A stretch of DNA of 64,000 bases from a virus (taxonomy: Duplodnaviria; Caudoviricetes). The stretch is taken from positions 2,117 through 66,116 of IMG/VR virus record IMGVR_UViG_3300032233_002306; one strand, written 5' to 3'. Below, piece after piece: positions 58,914 to 64,000 of this stretch. The translations under genes were made by a program, and so were the position numbers. Below the pieces are notes generated by a model. It saw nothing but the letters and a program-made list of their open reading frames with translations. It did no database searches and was not told where the DNA came from. Positions within the stretch are counted from its first letter, which is position 1. Every line of letters starts with the position of its first letter.

Positions 58914-60014
58914 ATGGCTGTTTATAAAATATTCCCTGAAAAGAGTGCTACTCTTTATTCATATTATCCTACCCTAAATGCAGGGTTAGACGAGATACTA
59001 GAAGCTAGTACCTACTATTCATTACAAGGTACTAATGAAGTATCTCGTCCTATTATTAAATTTCCATCTGATCAAATATCCGATATTATTACTAATAAAA
59101 TTAGTAGTAGTGCATTTGATGTTTATTTAAAATTATATTTAGCTAACGCCTCTGAAATTCCTACAAATTATACATTATTTATCCATCCATTATCTAAGGA
59201 TTGGAATGTAGGAACAGGTAGATTTGGTAATTCTCCTATTACTACTGATGGTGTTAGTTGGCAATATACAGTAGAGTCAGGTAGTAATGCCTGGGTTAGT
59301 GGTGCATTTGCAACAGGAACAACAGGATCCTATAGTGCTACAGGAACTGCAGGTGGTGGCACTTGGTGGACAAGTTCTCTTTATCAGTCTACACAATCTT
59401 TTACTTTTATTTCTTCAAAAGACATTGAAACTAAAGTAACCAATACCGTGTTGGCCTGGAATAGTAGCTCAATAGCTAACTATGGATTTATATTAAAGCA
59501 TTCATCTTCTTTAGAATTTACAGACGCTGACAAATTTGAAACTAAGTATTTCTCAGGCAATACTCACACTATTTACCCTCCTGCTCTTGAATTTAGATGG
59601 AATGATTCAGTATATAATACAGGGTCATTAATTGTAGTAACTTCAAGTTTATTTGCTCTTACGTTAGGGAATAATAAAGCAGAATATCAACAAGATTCAG
59701 TTCAACGTTTTAGAGTAAATGTTAGAGATCAATACCCATCAACAGCATTTAGAACTACATTAAGTTATGCTAATTCAAAAGCATTACCTTCTTCTTCATA
59801 TTGGTCAATAAAAGATTTGGATACTGAAGAAATTGTCGTAGATTATGATACATCATATACTAAATTAAGCTGTGATACAAACGGTAATTACTTTGATATT
59901 TACATGAATGGATTAGAACCTGAACGTTACTATAAATTACTTATTAAAACTGTAATTAACAATAAAGAAGTAGTAATATCAGATAAAGATTACATTTTTA
60001 AAGTTATAAGATAA
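58914..60014 (+). CDS. Virion structural protein
   Basis: Tail/baseplate context; beta-rich. Confidence 0.55.
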   Translation: MAVYKIFPEKSATLYSYYPTLNAGLDEILEASTYYSLQGTNEVSRPIIKFPSDQISDIITNKISSSAFDVYLKLYLANASEIPTNYTLFIHPLSKDWNVGTGRFGNSPITTDGVSWQYTVESGSNAWVSGAFATGTTGSYSATGTAGGGTWWTSSLYQSTQSFTFISSKDIETKVTNTVLAWNSSSIANYGFILKHSSSLEFTDADKFETKYFSGNTHTIYPPALEFRWNDSVYNTGSLIVVTSSLFALTLGNNKAEYQQDSVQRFRVNVRDQYPSTAFRTTLSYANSKALPSSSYWSIKDLDTEEIVVDYDTSYTKLSCDTNGNYFDIYMNGLEPERYYKLLIKTVINNKEVVISDKDYIFKVIR

Positions 60015-60349
60015 TGTCCCAAATCCCAGTCCAAAAAACAGTATATGATAAAACTACTTATAGTAGAGTTATCAATACCCAATTCAGCCAATTATTAAAT
60101 CAAGAAACTAGCGAAGATACTCTTTCTTTTTCTGTTGATGATTTTTTTACATTATATGATCAAGTATTTTATCAAATTCCTAAAGAAGGAGATACAAATT
60201 CACATCAGTATATTTTACAAAGGGAAGCTGACTATTTAGGTATTAGTATAAGTCAAGAAGATGTACAAGCTTTATTAGATGAAATTACATCTTTAAGACA
60301 ACAAGTATTAGATACTCAAACAATAATAAACGATTTGACTAAACAATAA
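60014..60349 (+). CDS. Hypothetical structural protein
   Basis: Coupled to neighbours. Confidence 0.55.
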   Translation: MSQIPVQKTVYDKTTYSRVINTQFSQLLNQETSEDTLSFSVDDFFTLYDQVFYQIPKEGDTNSHQYILQREADYLGISISQEDVQALLDEITSLRQQVLDTQTIINDLTKQ

Positions 60350-63300
60350 TGGCGGATAATATTAAAATAGTAGGTGAAATTTTAAATACACAACAAGTAT
60401 CTCGTTATGATGCTGATGATACTAATTTGCTTTCTCCTACATTATTAAAAGAAAGTTTTGGTCAACAGAATGATTATATTGAATATTTTGTTTATGATGC
60501 TGGAGGTAATCCTTTAAATATAGATTATAATTATAAAGATTTTAAATTACCTACTACATCATATATTGATCCAATTAGTGGAACTTTACCTATTATTGAA
60601 ATAGATCCTGTTATGGATCTACAAAATTTAGGATATTCATCTGGTGAATTTATAGTTCAATATAATTTATTTAATAACCAAATTTCAAATCCTAAAGCTG
60701 AGTTATTTTTAAAAGAAATATCAGCAGATAGAACTGAACTAAGAATAGGATCTACTATATTAACAAATGAGCAAATTGAAAGTGGATCTTTAGCTCTTAT
60801 AAATGAAGCCTCTGGTTCTTCATACTTTGTTGATTATTTACTTAATTTTGGTAATAATGAACAGGTAGTAGCTGTAAATGTTGCTCTTAATAAAGTAGAT
60901 TCTGGCTATGAAATCCTATTTAAATTATACCAGCCACTACCTGATAATATTCAGGAAAAATCTACTTTATGGGTTGTTAATGAAAAAGCAAACCCATATG
61001 TTTTTGATATCAATTTAGATAAACTAATTATCCCAGCTCCAGGCCCACAATTAAGAGGTCCTAACTTTGCTATTGATATACCTAACCAAAATAACATTGC
61101 TACTTCTTATCAAACATACAATGGTTTGGTAAGTAGTTTACAAAACGTTTCATCATCATATCAACAACTTTTAAGTTTAATTACTTCACAAAGTATTGAT
61201 ATTAATACTGACTATACTGACTTTAATAACTTTATATTCTTTAGTTCAGCTGAACAAAGAGTTATTAATTTTTATAATAAAGTAAAGCAAATTGAAGATT
61301 ATAAAAATAATATAGCAGTATATACTCCTTTAACCGCCAGCCGCCCTAATTTAATTTATGATTTAAATTTAGCTACAGCTAGTATAAACAATACTATAGT
61401 TAATTTTGATGGATTTGAATATTATTTATATTTTGAAAGTGGTTCTACTTTAACATCATCTTTAGAATTTGGAATTACTCCTTATCCTAAATCTAGTTCA
61501 TCAAAACCATTTACTTTATATTCAACTGGGTCTACTTTAGTTAATACTTGGTATAGTGCTGCTACCTCTAGTGCTTATAATTATGATGATTATAATCAAA
61601 ATAATTTAATATATACTGTTCCTTCATTTATTAAAGATGATGGGAATAATGATCAATATATAACCTTCCTTAATATGGTTGGTCATTATTTTGATAATAT
61701 TTGGATTTTCTTAAATGCAATTACTGATATTAATTTAGCAAATAACAATTTAGAACAAGGTATTTCTAAAGATTTAGTATATACTACTCTACAATCATTA
61801 GGAGTAAAATTATATAATAAATACGGAGATTCAAGTAATATTCCCTTCTTAATAGGAAATAATGGTAGTTCTAGTTTTGATAATAATTTTACCTCTACAG
61901 GTTCCTATTTAAATTCAATTCCTCAAAAAGATTTACTTGCTGAATCTTATAAACGTATTTATCATAATTTACCTTTACTATTAAAAACAAAAGGTACAAC
62001 CTATGGTTTACAAACATTAATATCTACCTTTGGTATTACTAGTAGTATATTGAATGTTAAAGAATATGGTGGTGATTTAAAATCCCAAACATTAGATGAA
62101 TACAATAATGATAAAATAAGGATTGTTTCTAATAGTATAGTTACAGGTAGTATTTTATCTCCTTTCATTAGTCTACAAGAACAACCAACATCGTCTCTTC
62201 TATTTAGAACAGATGATTTACATTATGCTGATATTTCATTTTCACCTGAAACTCAAATTGATACATACGCTTCTACCTCTATTGCAGCTGTAAACCCAAC
62301 TTGGAGTTTAGATGATTATATAGGTGATCCGAGACAAATATATAGTGGCTCATATAATGATTTAAACATTCAAAGAAATACCTATTATAATTTCACTGCA
62401 TCTAATATGGATTATGCTGGATTTATCCGCTTAATTCAATTTTTTGATAATTCATTATTTAAAATGATTAAAGACTTTGTTCCAGCAAGAACAAGTCTAT
62501 CAACAGGTATTACTATTAGTTCTCCTGTATTAGAAAGAAATAAATGGTCATATGCTAATCCATCTACTACTAGTGAAATAGAAGTAATGGATGGTAATTT
62601 AGAAGGCCCATCAATTACTACTGAATATACTGACATATATCAAGGATTAACCGGTAGTAGAGCAGCATACTATACAGGTGAATTTAGTGGTAGTATAATT
62701 GAATATGGTGATGATTGGATAGAAAGAAATTTTAATCCATATCTTCATCCTACAGCCAGTTTAACATCTAGTCTAAACGCTTTTAACCATTCAGAATTTA
62801 ATGTATTATTAAATAATGTATTTGCAAGTAGATTATCTATTACTAGACAAGATATAGAATTTATATATGGTACTACAGGGAGTATATTATCACCTGCCTA
62901 TTTACAAGATTCAAATGAATCTCTTACTACATATAATAGAGCAAGATATGAAGGTACTAAAGTAAGTAGTTTATTATATAGTGTATATACTAGTGCTTCT
63001 GCTGATTATAGTGGTGACTTATCATATGGTAAAACAGCAGCTATAAATAAAGATACAAGAAAAATAGGACTATTTACTGAAATAATATCTTCATCTTTAC
63101 TTCCTGGTCGTAATAGAGTAGCATTGAAATATCTTGTAGATGAATTCGGAGGTTTAACAGAATTAAACCAACGCAATAAACACTGGGAAGATATACAAAG
63201 AACATTTATTGCTGGTGATTACTTGAATGTATCTCAATTTGATAATCAAAAATCAAGTAATCAAAAATCAACAGACGGTAATAAACTAATATTTGATAGT

Positions 63301-64000
63301 GGATATTTATATAGTCCAATTTTATATTTTGCAACATGTAGTTTAACTCCTAAAATATATTTTGAAAACCTATCAGGAGCTAGTTCATATAGGGTATCAG
63401 CTAAAAACGGTACAACTCCTTTAACTATTAGTGGCTCTACCCCTTTAGGATACCCAATATCAGCAAGCTATGTACCTAATATATTTAATACCTTAAATGA
63501 TACAGCAGGTGCTCCTTATTTTTATGTTGGGAATTTAACCTCACATCCTAGTTATTCTGTTCAAGAAACAGGAGAACATAATGTGCAAGCTAGTTTTGAT
63601 ATAACAATGGATATATCAGGAAGTAATCAATCTGCTACGTGGTCACTTCAAGTATTTAGAAATAGTGAGGTTACTCCACTATATGAATCTGAACAAATAT
63701 TCAGTACAACGAGTGGAGGAAGTGGTACTCAAAATTTACTTGTTCAATTATTATATAGAAACTGCTGTGCCTCCGGAGATGTAATAAGAATAACAAACAA
63801 CACAAATGCAAATATAACTGATATAACCTCAGCTGCTGGTTCTGAAATGTACGGAGTACACAGAATAAGTGTACCTACTAATGGAACCCCAGTAAGTGTA
63901 ATATTATCTGTAAGTAAGATAGGACCGGTAACAACAGCACGAGATGCAGGATATTCCGAGTTAATTATTGGATCTTCAGTTCTTAGCTCATTTACCTACA
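60349..64000 (+). CDS. Large baseplate/tail protein (gp7-like wedge; 3'-truncated, over 1200 aa, absent from track)
   Basis: Frame open at every line spot-checked and at the window end; KRIYHNLPLLLKTKGT and KDFVPART patterns. Confidence 0.75.
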   Translation, partial: MADNIKIVGEILNTQQVSRYDADDTNLLSPTLLKESFGQQNDYIEYFVYDAGGNPLNIDYNYKDFKLPTTSYIDPISGTLPIIEIDPVMDLQNLGYSSGEFIVQYNLFNNQISNPKAELFLKEISADRTELRIGSTILTNEQIESGSLALINEASGSSYFVDYLLNFGNNEQVVAVNVALNKVDSGYEILFKLYQPLPDNIQEKSTLWVVNEKANPYVFDINLDKLIIPAPGPQLRGPNFAIDIPNQNNIATSYQTYNGLVSSLQNVSSSYQQLLSLITSQSIDINTDYTDFNNFIFFSSAEQRVINFYNKVKQIEDYKNNIAVYTPLTASRPNLIYDLNLATASINNTIVNFDGFEYYLYFESGSTLTSSLEFGITPYPKSSSSKPFTLYSTGSTLVNTWYSAATSSAYNYDDYNQNNLIYTVPSFIKDDGNNDQYITFLNMVGHYFDNIWIFLNAITDINLANNNLEQGISKDLVYTTLQSLGVKLYNKYGDSSNIPFLIGNNGSSSFDNNFTSTGSYLNSIPQKDLLAESYKRIYHNLPLLLKTKGTTYGLQTLISTFGITSSILNVKEYGGDLKSQTLDEYNNDKIRIVSNSIVTGSILSPFISLQEQPTSSLLFRTDDLHYADISFSPETQIDTYASTSIAAVNPTWSLDDYIGDPRQIYSGSYNDLNIQRNTYYNFTASNMDYAGFIRLIQFFDNSLFKMIKDFVPARTSLSTGITISSPVLERNKWSYANPSTTSEIEVMDGNLEGPSITTEYTDIYQGLTGSRAAYYTGEFSGSIIEYGDDWIERNFNPYLHPTASLTSSLNAFNHSEFNVLLNNVFASRLSITRQDIEFIYGTTGSILSPAYLQDSNESLTTYNRARYEGTKVSSLLYSVYTSASADYSGDLSYGKTAAINKDTRKIGLFTEIISSSLLPGRNRVALKYLVDEFGGLTELNQRNKHWEDIQRTFIAGDYLNVSQFDNQKSSNQKSTDGNKLIFDSGYLYSPILYFATCSLTPKIYFENLSGASSYRVSAKNGTTPLTISGSTPLGYPISASYVPNIFNTLNDTAGAPYFYVGNLTSHPSYSVQETGEHNVQASFDITMDISGSNQSATWSLQVFRNSEVTPLYESEQIFSTTSGGSGTQNLLVQLLYRNCCASGDVIRITNNTNANITDITSAAGSEMYGVHRISVPTNGTPVSVILSVSKIGPVTTARDAGYSELIIGSSVLSSFTY

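Noticed and set aside
1-64000. Stop-codon reassignment (code 15 or 4)
   Set aside because: Conserved enzymes are full length in the standard code, and TAG/TGA terminate genes normally.

Overview
64-kb segment of an AT-rich, large T4-like/jumbo myophage genome. The host is most likely Bacteroidota: leaders are A-rich with no Shine-Dalgarno, promoters resemble TAnnTTTG, a DUF4494 gene is present and the tmRNA tag ends in YALAA. Nearly all genes are on the + strand and read in the standard code. Gene order: (1) 3' part of groEL, clamp loader and nuclease (1-4.3 kb). (2) A 17-kb glycan cluster with several glycosyltransferases, RfbH, Gmd, a C-methyltransferase, RfbB, a ThDP enzyme, DmpF/DmpG-like enzymes and an epimerase (4.6-21.9 kb). 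(3) ClpP, UVR-motif proteins, a tRNA-like RNA, tRNA-Leu(UAA) and tmRNA (21.9-26.2 kb). (4) Membrane proteins and lipoproteins, ThyA, a phosphoesterase, a Prs-like enzyme and a nuclease. (5) An early/accessory region of small genes, most with their own G(G/T)C-N13-TAnnTT(C/T)A promoter, often overlapped by a GC hairpin (35.8-50 kb); it includes heme oxygenase, a bilin reductase and AT-hook proteins. (6) A sigma factor, baseplate genes, a GH19 endolysin and a large virion gene running off the end. The standout observation is at 47241-48165: 925 nt with one cytosine on the sense strand, including 696 consecutive nt with none. It covers intact genes and their internal promoters, starts at the upstream promoter's -7 box, and lies in a cassette bounded by a 26-bp direct repeat. 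This suggests a module selected to be expressed without CTP or to escape a cytidine-directed defence. All annotations are from motif recognition by eye; no database searches were run.
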